A stretch of DNA of 24,770 nucleotides from a virus (taxonomy: Duplodnaviria; Caudoviricetes), in IMG/VR virus record IMGVR_UViG_3300020045_010341, positions 1 through 24,770 of that record; one strand, 5' to 3'. The notes below the pieces were generated by a model. That model was not told the origin of the DNA, ran no database searches, and saw only the letters and a program-made list of their open reading frames with translations. Positions 1 through 7,254 of this stretch are shown one piece after another (within the stretch, counting starts at the first letter, position 1; each line of letters opens with the position of its first letter). The translations under genes and the position numbers were made by a program.

Positions 1-81
1 TAACCCGGAACCAAAACGCCCCGGCTCGCTCAAATATCCAGCACCTTGGCGGCGTAGACGATGCAAAGTATTTTCAATGAT

Positions 82-94
82 TATCAATGGCTTA
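82..94 (+). promoter_or_regulatory. IHF/HU-type consensus box TATCAATGGCTTA
   Basis: Exact match to WATCAANNNNTTR in an AT-rich region upstream of a promoter candidate. Confidence 0.35.
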
Positions 95-103
95 CGCCAC
101 CTA

Positions 104-140
104 CCGGATTTATTTTAAAAAAATAATAAAATAAATTTGG
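104..140. repeat. Imperfect 14-bp inverted repeat (CCGGATTTATTTTA / TAAAATAAATTTGG)
   Basis: 104-117 pairs with 127-140 with two G-T pairs. The right arm overlaps the putative -33 TTTG box. Confidence 0.5.
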
Positions 141-168
141 CGGTTTGGGTTGGGTACTTGTATCTTCG
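136..168 (+). promoter_or_regulatory. Bacteroidota primary-sigma-type promoter (TTTG-N21-TATCTTCG)
   Basis: TTTG at 136-139 and a one-mismatch TAnnTTTG box at 161-168, upstream of the ATG at 215. Confidence 0.5.
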
Positions 169-214
169 TGCTATCAAAGCGAAAACAACTAAATCAAACT
201 TAAATACTCGAATC

Positions 215-451
215 ATGGAAAAAGATACCAAGGACGCTTTTATGGAATTAGCATCAAAAAACGGCTTCTCGCCCGTTAATATGCAGCCCGACCGAGAGGT
301 TTGGGATACAGGATTAACCAAGCGCGAATATTTTGCGGCAATGGCATTGCAGGGAATTTTGGCAAATCCTAGCCGAATTAGCGAGCATGGAACCGAAGCA
401 ATTATGGCCGTTACAATGGCCGACGATCTTCTTTTTTCACTCGAAAGATAA
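215..451 (+). CDS. Conserved small phage protein (GLTKREYFAAMALQG motif)
   Basis: The motif resembles the widespread phage G-[ML]-T-x-R-[DE]-Y-F-A-A-x-A-[ML]-Q-G family. ATG at 215 with an A-rich leader is preferred over TTG at 137. Confidence 0.8.
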   Translation: MEKDTKDAFMELASKNGFSPVNMQPDREVWDTGLTKREYFAAMALQGILANPSRISEHGTEAIMAVTMADDLLFSLER

Positions 452-477
452 CCACTCACTAAAAACTAAACCTAGAC

Positions 478-1233
478 GTGGAAAAATTCTTTCAATACCC
501 CGCAAGATCATCGCCTTATATCTATGCGCAAAAAAAATCCGCTGTTTATGGATTTAATGGCATAACTATACTCACGACACACGACGACGCCACCGCATCT
601 AAAGCCCGCTACATAGCGGCAGCCCTAAACGCCTGCAAGGACATGGACACGGCAAAGCTCGAAAGCGGAGCGCCGGGCTGGATTGCGGAAAAGTTGGCCA
701 ATAAAACAAAAGCCCGCATCGACGCAGAATACAGCGAAGCCGAAACCGAATCAGCCCTAAACGAGCTACACGCATTCGGGCAAAAAATGTATGATGCGAT
801 TTGTGAGATCGTGCAAAATGCGCCGTTTGATAGCAAATTTGATCTTGAAAACCTCGTACAAGACGGCGAACGCTTTTTTGTAGTTAAAGCGCCTATGAAA
901 AAGATCGAAACCCTAAAAGATTTGCGAGATGTGGTTGAAGGCGCACCCGAATACTTTGACACCCAAAAAGTATTCTTGGTTGATGGATTTCTTCGCATTG
1001 GCGAACACCCAACCGAACCCGCCTACTTTGTTGGAAACGAAAACGGGATTGAAGACACGGACGCTCCGCCGGATAACGGGGGCTACACAGACGCAGAACT
1101 AAACTGCAAATCTGGATGTGTCGAGCCGTGCGGAAACTGCGAAGCGGACGCGCAACCGCGCGAGTTTTGCCGCCCGCGTGGGCTATACAAAGAACTAGTA
1201 GGCGAATATTCAGACGTATTCAAAAACCAGTAA
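478..1233 (+). CDS. Hypothetical phage protein with C-terminal Cys cluster
   Basis: 251-aa ORF, GTG start, fills the gap between neighbours; CKSGCVEPCGNC near the C-terminus. Confidence 0.75.
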   Translation: MEKFFQYPARSSPYIYAQKKSAVYGFNGITILTTHDDATASKARYIAAALNACKDMDTAKLESGAPGWIAEKLANKTKARIDAEYSEAETESALNELHAFGQKMYDAICEIVQNAPFDSKFDLENLVQDGERFFVVKAPMKKIETLKDLRDVVEGAPEYFDTQKVFLVDGFLRIGEHPTEPAYFVGNENGIEDTDAPPDNGGYTDAELNCKSGCVEPCGNCEADAQPREFCRPRGLYKELVGEYSDVFKNQ

Positions 1234-1238
1234 CCGCC

Positions 1239-2087
1239 ATGTACGAAAGCCCGAACGCCCCGCACAAAATAGACAGGTCGATTGACATCGAAGAGTATGC
1301 AAGGCAGGTTTCTGCCAACATGCGGCTTGACCAGATGCCGACCCGTCACACACAAGCCACGCAAGCGCCGAAAATGCTGCCAGCGGAGCCTATTACCGAG
1401 CGCGGGCGGCAACACCTTGCCTCTCTGAATAAAAAAGCGCCTACGGCCTTTGTCGTGCGCCGCCACTTCGGGCAAGAAATGGATTTTGAAGCGGCTCGAA
1501 AGAAAGTGTGGGCTTTGTTTCAGCTTCGCGCCGCTGCGATTTCTGAGCTAGAAAACCGGGATTTTGTTTGGGATTTCAGCGACGCACACAAGGCAAACTT
1601 TCGTCAAATGATAAAGTACTTTATCAATGATGTTAGTTGCGAGCTTAACTTGGCTAAGGCTCTGCGTTTACATGGGATGCCCGGAACAACCAAAACAGAA
1701 TCAATGTGGGTTTTTGAGCGGTTTTGTAAAGAGAACAAGCTAAGTAAGGAATTTGAATACGTTTCGATGAGCCAACTACACACAAGCCGCAAGACCATTA
1801 AAAACTTTGACCCGGTTACACCAAACCTTACCCTAAACCGGGTATTTGATGAAGTCGGGCGGTACGTTGGTATTACAACCAGCTACGGCGAACCCCTGGA
1901 CATAAACGAGGCGATATTTGAAGAACGGTACAACAGGTTTCAGAACGGCGGGCAACTAAGCCACATCATAACAAACTCGCACGAAGATCTTTTCAAAACC
2001 TTTTTCAGCCCTGTTTTGCTGGACAGAATTTTACACATGACGCAACCCTTGATTTTTAAAGGAACGTCGAAACGAGCAAGCGCATGA
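1239..2087 (+). CDS. DnaC/IstB-like P-loop ATPase (putative helicase loader)
   Basis: Variant Walker A LHGMPGTTKT, Walker B-like VFDEVG, ERY...HIITN, DRI and C-terminal FKGTSKR, as in DnaC/IstB-like ATPases. ATG at 1239 follows the upstream stop. Confidence 0.75.
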   Translation: MYESPNAPHKIDRSIDIEEYARQVSANMRLDQMPTRHTQATQAPKMLPAEPITERGRQHLASLNKKAPTAFVVRRHFGQEMDFEAARKKVWALFQLRAAAISELENRDFVWDFSDAHKANFRQMIKYFINDVSCELNLAKALRLHGMPGTTKTESMWVFERFCKENKLSKEFEYVSMSQLHTSRKTIKNFDPVTPNLTLNRVFDEVGRYVGITTSYGEPLDINEAIFEERYNRFQNGGQLSHIITNSHEDLFKTFFSPVLLDRILHMTQPLIFKGTSKRASA

Positions 2088-2305
2088 AACCAGAATATCT
2101 GCTTTTGCAGCAACTAAAAACGCTCGAAATGAATGGACTAAACACCATCCATGCGATTATGACTGAGAACCTAATCCGATTCAGCATTCGCGGCCCGCTT
2201 CCGTACACCAAGGACAAGAAAACACAGCTTTTGGCACGAATCGCCCGGTATAGCCCGGCGCTTGTAGCTGATGTCAAAACCCTGGTGGAAAAAGCGGGCG
2301 GGTGA
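2084..2305 (+). CDS. Hypothetical protein
   Basis: 73-aa ORF coupled by ATGA overlap to the ATPase stop. Confidence 0.65.
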   Translation: MKPEYLLLQQLKTLEMNGLNTIHAIMTENLIRFSIRGPLPYTKDKKTQLLARIARYSPALVADVKTLVEKAGG

Positions 2306-2326
2306 AAAATCTAACAACTTGAAAAA

Positions 2327-3205
2327 ATGAAACATCTTGGACTTTTTGAAGGTATCGGCGGCTTTTCGTTGGCCGCTCGCTGGATGGGATGGGAGACTGT
2401 GGCTTGGTGTGAATGGGACAAAAACTGCCAGCGAGTTCTAAAATATCACTTTCCAAACGCAATTCCACACGATGACATTACCAAAACAGACTTTTCCCGG
2501 TACGCAGGGCAAGTTGATATTCTCACAGGGGGATTCCCATGCCAACCGTACAGCTCAGCAGGAAAGCGACTTGGAACGGATGATGACCGACACCTCTGGC
2601 CGGAAATGCTTAGAGCAATTCGAGAAATTCAACCGCGTTGGGTTGTGGGCGAAAACGTTCGCGGCCTTACTAATTGGAATGGAGGGATGGTATTCGACGA
2701 AGTGCAGTCTGATTTGGAAACTGAAGGCTACCAAGTCATCCCGTTTTTACTTCCAGCTTGCGCCGTTAACGCGCCCCACAGACGGGATCGAATCTGGTTT
2801 ATTGCCTACCGTAACCAAGAAGCCAGCAATGAGGAATTTGGACAGCAATGGGGACAACACAATCAAAAACGGGACGAAATACGGGAAATCAATTTATCAA
2901 GTGGCGAAGCTACTACCAACCCCGGCCAAACGGGATTCAAAAGGAGCGAACAGCATGGAACATTTGACAAGGGAGACGGACGGGAACAACCATCAAGACC
3001 AACTTCCAAATTTTATAAAATTGGCGACTGGAAGCAATTCCCAACTCAATCCCCGCTTTGTAGCGGAGATGATGGGCTTCCCGCCGGATTGGACGGAATT
3101 ACCTTTTCAAAATGGCGAGAGTTTAGTGTCGGAGCATACGGGAACGCCATAGTTCCGCAAGTCGCACTTCAAATATTCAAAGCGATTCAAGAGCTTGAAG
3201 AATAA
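2327..3205 (+). CDS. DNA (cytosine-5)-methyltransferase, main (alpha) polypeptide
   Basis: Motif I LFEGIGGF, motif IV GGFPCQ, motif VI ENV, motif VIII HRRDRIW and motif X YGNAIVPQVA. Motif IX is not evident in this frame. Confidence 0.93.
   Translation: MKHLGLFEGIGGFSLAARWMGWETVAWCEWDKNCQRVLKYHFPNAIPHDDITKTDFSRYAGQVDILTGGFPCQPYSSAGKRLGTDDDRHLWPEMLRAIREIQPRWVVGENVRGLTNWNGGMVFDEVQSDLETEGYQVIPFLLPACAVNAPHRRDRIWFIAYRNQEASNEEFGQQWGQHNQKRDEIREINLSSGEATTNPGQTGFKRSEQHGTFDKGDGREQPSRPTSKFYKIGDWKQFPTQSPLCSGDDGLPAGLDGITFSKWREFSVGAYGNAIVPQVALQIFKAIQELEE
2472..3152 (+). CDS. Nested +1-frame ORF: probable methyltransferase beta polypeptide (TRD-like region plus motif IX)
   Basis: 226-aa ORF wholly inside the methyltransferase gene. 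Carries LLPT repeats and LNPRFVAEMMGFPPDWT, resembling motif IX. Confidence 0.75.
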   Translation: MTLPKQTFPGTQGKLIFSQGDSHANRTAQQESDLERMMTDTSGRKCLEQFEKFNRVGLWAKTFAALLIGMEGWYSTKCSLIWKLKATKSSRFYFQLAPLTRPTDGIESGLLPTVTKKPAMRNLDSNGDNTIKNGTKYGKSIYQVAKLLPTPAKRDSKGANSMEHLTRETDGNNHQDQLPNFIKLATGSNSQLNPRFVAEMMGFPPDWTELPFQNGESLVSEHTGTP

Positions 3206-3220
3206 CCCCCAAAAAAACTA

Positions 3221-3242
3221 CCCGGAAACCGGGCTTTGTTTT
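3221..3242 (+). terminator. Possible intrinsic terminator
   Basis: CCCGG-AAA-CCGGG hairpin followed by CTTTGTTTT, just after the methyltransferase stop. The stem is short. Confidence 0.4.
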
Positions 3243-3266
3243 ATCTTTACAACCTAAACACTAGCA

Positions 3267-3563
3267 ATGGAGAACCAAGAGAGTATAAAACCATCGGACT
3301 TTCAAAGACTAAGGAGGCTTGAAAGTTTTGAAAAAATACTTGAGCTTGCGGGCCTTATCCTTGAAACGTATTACGATGAAATTGACCAAGGCGATTTGCC
3401 CGACAAGATAAAAGAAGCGCAAGCCTCAATAAGCGAAGAAATACATAGGTTTAAAAAACGCCTATCCGGCGGCATTACCCGGCCCGGCCTCCAAAACGGC
3501 GAACAACCTGAATTTATCATAACTAAACCAACCACCAACAATGACACCAAGACCCGACCTTAA
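3267..3563 (+). CDS. Hypothetical protein
   Basis: 98-aa helical, charged ORF with an A-rich leader. Confidence 0.7.
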   Translation: MENQESIKPSDFQRLRRLESFEKILELAGLILETYYDEIDQGDLPDKIKEAQASISEEIHRFKKRLSGGITRPGLQNGEQPEFIITKPTTNNDTKTRP

Positions 3564-4065
3564 AGCACTCGCTACCGCGATCCACGCCAACGCCGCAGCA
3601 AAGGGGTTCTATGAAAACCCGCCTACCCGCGCAAAAGCGGCATGTTTAATAATCGAGGAAATAGGCGAGTTTGTGGGGGCGCACCGCGCAAACCGCCATT
3701 GCGCACTCGATACCTTGCAACTTGAAAGCCTCACGCCTGAAATGTATGTTTCCCTGGTTAAGGGGACTACGGGCGAAGAGCTTGCGGATATAGTGATACG
3801 GGTACTTGACAGCGCAGAGTATTTCGCTGGTATTGATTTTTTTGTCTATTCATACGCAGGATTTGAAAACGAAATACATGAAAATTTAATGCGTGTTGTG
3901 AAGTGCGTTAACTACTTTAGTGACGCAAACCCCATCTACTTTTTAGATAGCATTGTTTCTATTGAAAGAATCGCTATTATTCTTGACATCGACCTATGGG
4001 CGCACGTCGCCGCAAAAATGGCCTATAACCAAACCAGCGCGTACAAACACGGGAAAGCGTATTAA
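3541..4065 (+). CDS. MazG-like nucleotide pyrophosphohydrolase
   Basis: EEIGE...EELADIVIRVLD metal-binding motifs and C-terminal KMAYN...HGKAY typical of phage MazG-like proteins. Confidence 0.85.
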   Translation: MTPRPDLKALATAIHANAAAKGFYENPPTRAKAACLIIEEIGEFVGAHRANRHCALDTLQLESLTPEMYVSLVKGTTGEELADIVIRVLDSAEYFAGIDFFVYSYAGFENEIHENLMRVVKCVNYFSDANPIYFLDSIVSIERIAIILDIDLWAHVAAKMAYNQTSAYKHGKAY

Positions 4066-4068
4066 CCT

Positions 4069-4164
4069 AAATGCAACGTCATAGCGTCAAAAAAGTAGCC
4101 CTTATTGGCGTTACATAGCCATTAAATGGCGGGGGTAGATGTAATTTACTATGGCGTTGTATTT
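4069..4164 (+). ncRNA. Candidate structured RNA (three-way junction, possible pseudoknot)
   Basis: P1 4069-4084/4149-4164 (16 bp, 2 G-U); P2 4085-4090/4105-4110 (1 U-G); P3 4111-4116/4139-4144; P4 4118-4122/4126-4130. It fills the intergenic gap and ends in a U-run. Confidence 0.6.
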
Positions 4165-4182
4165 TTTAAACTAAACCAAATT

Positions 4183-4413
4183 ATGTTAATAAAAAACAAG
4201 TGCATCACATCTAAAAGGCATGAAAAATCAAATCTTTTAAGCCTTTTCATCGAGTTTACCATCGTTTTTATTGTTTTGTTTTTTGCTCTATCTTACATTG
4301 AGTGGATAGTTAAGACAGACAAAGACTTTAAAGAATCAGTCGGAGAGCCAGTATACGAAGGTTCATACATGGACTATCTTGGTGATTATTTTCCCGAGCA
4401 TGGGAGATTGTAA
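4183..4413 (+). CDS. Small membrane protein (single hydrophobic segment)
   Basis: LLSLFIEFTIVFIVLFFALSYI segment. ATG at 4183 has an A-rich leader, whereas the 4126 start lies inside the structured element. Confidence 0.6.
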   Translation: MLIKNKCITSKRHEKSNLLSLFIEFTIVFIVLFFALSYIEWIVKTDKDFKESVGEPVYEGSYMDYLGDYFPEHGRL

Positions 4414-4442
4414 AACGAATTTTTTAAACCGAACCTAAAAAA

Positions 4443-4712
4443 ATGGACGAATTTAAAAACTTAGACTTTGGCAGTTATTGCAAAATTGAAATGTTTAGGC
4501 ATGTAGGGGAAAATGAGTTTTACCAGCACAAGGTTATTGGTAGAATGCGCTCTAACGCATCCGTTGTAGTGCCTATAAAATACGGATTGAATACAACTGG
4601 ACACGAAGAGATTTTAAATGGGGAAATTGAGCCTTGTTTGCATGTGGTTTGTTGCGGGGTAGATGAGCGTAAAATTTTCAAAGTTCGAGTTTCGGACGTT
4701 ACCCCTTGTTAA
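4443..4712 (+). CDS. Hypothetical protein
   Basis: 89-aa ORF with an A-rich leader. Confidence 0.7.
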   Translation: MDEFKNLDFGSYCKIEMFRHVGENEFYQHKVIGRMRSNASVVVPIKYGLNTTGHEEILNGEIEPCLHVVCCGVDERKIFKVRVSDVTPC

Positions 4713-4723
4713 ACCGCCCAACC

Positions 4724-5380
4724 ATGCCAAACCCTAATTGTCTAAACTACGGCAAAAAGTGCGATGAAATATGCGCAACCTGCCAATCAATCCAAACCAA
4801 ACGCGCTGCAGCGAAGCCAGCGAAAACCACCGCGAAGCCCCGCAAACCCGCTGCTAAAAAGCAGGTTGTTGCCGCCCCGGATTACATGGGATGCCCTGAC
4901 AAGTTCATAGGGGTAGACCCGGCACTACGGGCAAACGGGTTTTGGGTTTGCGTGATTGACAGAATTTTGAACACCGCAACTTTTCACCCCTGCAAACACT
5001 TGGGAGAGTTCGTGAAGTTGTTGAACCGGGAAATGCCTATTGCGGTAACGGTTGAAAACTCGAATATGCAAAAAGCGGTATTCGATAAAAAGTCGGGCGT
5101 TGGAGGTGCGATAAGTGTTGGCAAAAACCAGGGCGTAAGCCAAGCCGCTACCGACATAGCGCAAGAGTATAGCGTTATACCTGCGGGAATTTCCCCAAAG
5201 GCGAAGGGCGCTAAGATCGTGAACGAGGCCGTGTTCCAAGGCGTTGTACGCTCAAACCTGCTAACGCTTGTCGGGTACAAACCGGGGGAAAGTCCGGGGC
5301 AAGACCAAAGGGACGCTTTGAAACTCGCTTTGATTTGTGAGCAGGGCTATAAATTGCACTTGAAATCACTTAAAAAGTAA
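4724..5380 (+). CDS. RuvC-like (RNase H fold) nuclease / Holliday junction resolvase with N-terminal Cys4 and Lys/Ala-rich extension
   Basis: FIGVDP (first acidic residue), VTVEN (second) and DQRDALKLA (C-terminal acidic pair). ATG at 4724. Confidence 0.7.
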   Translation: MPNPNCLNYGKKCDEICATCQSIQTKRAAAKPAKTTAKPRKPAAKKQVVAAPDYMGCPDKFIGVDPALRANGFWVCVIDRILNTATFHPCKHLGEFVKLLNREMPIAVTVENSNMQKAVFDKKSGVGGAISVGKNQGVSQAATDIAQEYSVIPAGISPKAKGAKIVNEAVFQGVVRSNLLTLVGYKPGESPGQDQRDALKLALICEQGYKLHLKSLKK

Positions 5381-5382
5381 AT

Positions 5383-5547
5383 ATGAAACCAAAACAACCT
5401 AAAGCCGAAAAGCCCGCCTCCGCGAAAGCGACCGCAGAAGACCACCGCGCCTATGCGCGTGGGTACCAGAAAGAGGTCACGAAAGCGGCCAAACGCCTGG
5501 AGCAAGGCGGATTTTTTAACCCAAGAAAATTTAGTTTGTGGATATGA
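5383..5547 (+). CDS. Small basic hypothetical protein (54 aa, below the ORF-track cutoff)
   Basis: MKPKQPKAEKPASAKATAEDHRAYARGYQKEVTKAAKRLEQGGFFNPRKFSLWI; fills the gap and its stop overlaps the next ATG (ATGA). Confidence 0.7.
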   Translation: MKPKQPKAEKPASAKATAEDHRAYARGYQKEVTKAAKRLEQGGFFNPRKFSLWI

Positions 5548-5774
5548 AAGAAGAATTTGTTTTAGGTGATTTTGGGTGGGTTGAAGTACACATTAGCCCA
5601 TACCATGAAGAGCCGCCAAAAATTGTATTTAATGCCTTTGAAGAAGGCAGCGAACGGACAATTTTAGAAATTAAATCAAAGGATAAGCATTTTTATGAAA
5701 CGCTTTTGCTTATTTCAAAAGAAATGCGTTCTGGTAAGAAACTAAAAGTATCCATCGAAACAATTGACGAATGA
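5544..5774 (+). CDS. Hypothetical protein
   Basis: ATGA-coupled at both ends. Confidence 0.7.
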   Translation: MKEEFVLGDFGWVEVHISPYHEEPPKIVFNAFEEGSERTILEIKSKDKHFYETLLLISKEMRSGKKLKVSIETIDE

Positions 5775-5995
5775 AAGGCAAAATAATCTACTACAAATAC
5801 CCTGCAACATGGGTAAAGATTCATTTTTTTGAGTGCGAAAAATTATTTCACTTTCTTTTTAAGTCAAATTTTAAGTACGGAAAATGGTTTTTACATATTG
5901 TAACGCCTATTTTTCACTTTCAAAAAGACAACTGCAACCTTGTGTTCGGGCCTTCATTCCTTTGGTGGCAGTTTTCGATTCATTTTCATTGGTAA
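5771..5995 (+). CDS. Hypothetical aromatic-rich protein
   Basis: 74 aa, ATGA-coupled, AT-rich and rich in F/W/H/K. Confidence 0.55.
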   Translation: MKGKIIYYKYPATWVKIHFFECEKLFHFLFKSNFKYGKWFLHIVTPIFHFQKDNCNLVFGPSFLWWQFSIHFHW

Positions 5996-5998
5996 ATA

Positions 5999-6220
5999 AT
6001 GAACGAGCAAGTCAAACTTATTAGCCTAAAGGCTACATACGAGCAGCCAGCCGACAACTTTGCGCCAACAGAAGCGGAACAAACGCTCGAAATCGAAAGC
6101 GTTGACGGCTGCGGAGGCCCGTATTTTGTAATTAAGTCAGACCGTTGGGGGTTTGACAACATCGAGGAAATGGTAGAAACTCTAGAAGATTTTAAAAAAC
6201 GCCTAACTTTGCAACCATGA
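5999..6220 (+). CDS. Hypothetical acidic protein
   Basis: 73 aa, ATGA-coupled to the next gene; DGCGGPYFVIKSDRWGFD core. Confidence 0.75.
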   Translation: MNEQVKLISLKATYEQPADNFAPTEAEQTLEIESVDGCGGPYFVIKSDRWGFDNIEEMVETLEDFKKRLTLQP

Positions 6221-6888
6221 GTACCACAAACTACCTTGCAGAAAATATTGCCCGCTACGCGAAAACCGTAATCGGCAAAGCCCTTTGCGATATGCCCGGC
6301 GCGCAAAACATCGTGTACGTAGAGGGCATGGATTTGAGTGGCGAGGTGAACCGGGACGAACCCGATAAATGGAATGATTGCCGATTCGTGGTTTCATTTG
6401 TTGACGGCGCTTGGCAGTTCACGCACCAAGCCAAAGCCACAACCGAGCCGGGCGTGTACTATACCAAAAACCCGCTCAACAAATACGGGGCCGCCCGTAT
6501 CGCATTCGGATACCACCCGCCGTGTTGCAGGGCCGGACTACACAAAGGCAAGCAGCCCGCCCTGGTTCAATCCGGGCCGATCCGGGTGATCCGAGACGCG
6601 AACCGAGACGGGAAACGTAACCCAGGCGAAAAAGAAGTGATGCTCGATAACATCGGCTTAAACCACCACACCACCGCAAAGGGGTTCTTTGGTGATACCG
6701 TAGGTCGGTATAGCGCGGGCTGCTTGGTGGGGCAGCGCTACGCGCAACACCTGAAATTTTTGGAAGTAATGGCCACGGACAGCCGCCGATTGGCAAGCGA
6801 GGCCATAGGGCAAGCCTACGACCACGATTTTTGGGTGCTGGACGGCTCAAAATTGGCTCATTGGGTTGCAACAGGCGAACAACTTTAA
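6217..6888 (+). CDS. Putative endolysin, L,D-transpeptidase-like (His...SAGC) family
   Basis: NIVYVEG, ATTEPG, GAARIAFG, a DANRDG Ca-loop-like motif and H-x14-SAGC resembling the YkuD catalytic His/Cys motif. Confidence 0.65.
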   Translation: MSTTNYLAENIARYAKTVIGKALCDMPGAQNIVYVEGMDLSGEVNRDEPDKWNDCRFVVSFVDGAWQFTHQAKATTEPGVYYTKNPLNKYGAARIAFGYHPPCCRAGLHKGKQPALVQSGPIRVIRDANRDGKRNPGEKEVMLDNIGLNHHTTAKGFFGDTVGRYSAGCLVGQRYAQHLKFLEVMATDSRRLASEAIGQAYDHDFWVLDGSKLAHWVATGEQL

Positions 6889-6900
6889 AATAAAAACAAG

Positions 6901-7230
6901 ATGGCAACGATAAGTGGATTTTTATCATGGGAGTGCATACCGCCTCCACCTAAAAAACCTTCAGTACATGTTACATGCTCAGGGTGCAGAAAAAATAGCA
7001 ACATGGTAGAAATTCCTGCTAAAGGCAGCCCAAATATTATTCAATGCTCGTTTTGTCTGCATAAAATGGTTATATATGGATTTGGTAACGACACAGGGGC
7101 GTATGTTGTTCCCGCAAAAGAACAGGATGAGCAAAGAAGGTTTATATACGTCTTTGGAAATGCGAAAGATGTTAGCAATAACTATATCATAGAAGTGGTT
7201 GGTAAACTTACCAACTGCTATCCTGAATAA
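6901..7230 (+). CDS. Zinc-ribbon protein
   Basis: CSGC ... CSFC pair. Confidence 0.65.
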   Translation: MATISGFLSWECIPPPPKKPSVHVTCSGCRKNSNMVEIPAKGSPNIIQCSFCLHKMVIYGFGNDTGAYVVPAKEQDEQRRFIYVFGNAKDVSNNYIIEVVGKLTNCYPE

Positions 7231-7254
7231 AAAGCAACTCTAAATAAAAATACG

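Noticed and set aside
61-72. Divergent minus-strand promoter (reverse complement of ATGCAAAGTA)
   Set aside because: It reads TACTTTG, one base short of TAnnTTTG, and no leftward gene is visible.
1-118. 3' end of an upstream CDS
   Set aside because: Two + frames are open at the window edge (stops ending at 80 and 118) and neither can be chosen from this sequence.
1116-1238. N-terminal extension of the ATPase ORF
   Set aside because: It overlaps the upstream gene by more than 100 nt; ATG 1239 just after the upstream stop is more plausible.
4085-4155. Assignment of the structured element to a pistol, hammerhead or purine-riboswitch class
   Set aside because: Only superficial resemblance (UUACAUAG linker, three-way junction with loop pairing). 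The conserved catalytic or ligand-binding nucleotides are not evident.
4126-4182. ORF-track start at 4126
   Set aside because: It lies inside the predicted RNA structure and lacks the A-rich leader seen at ATG 4183.
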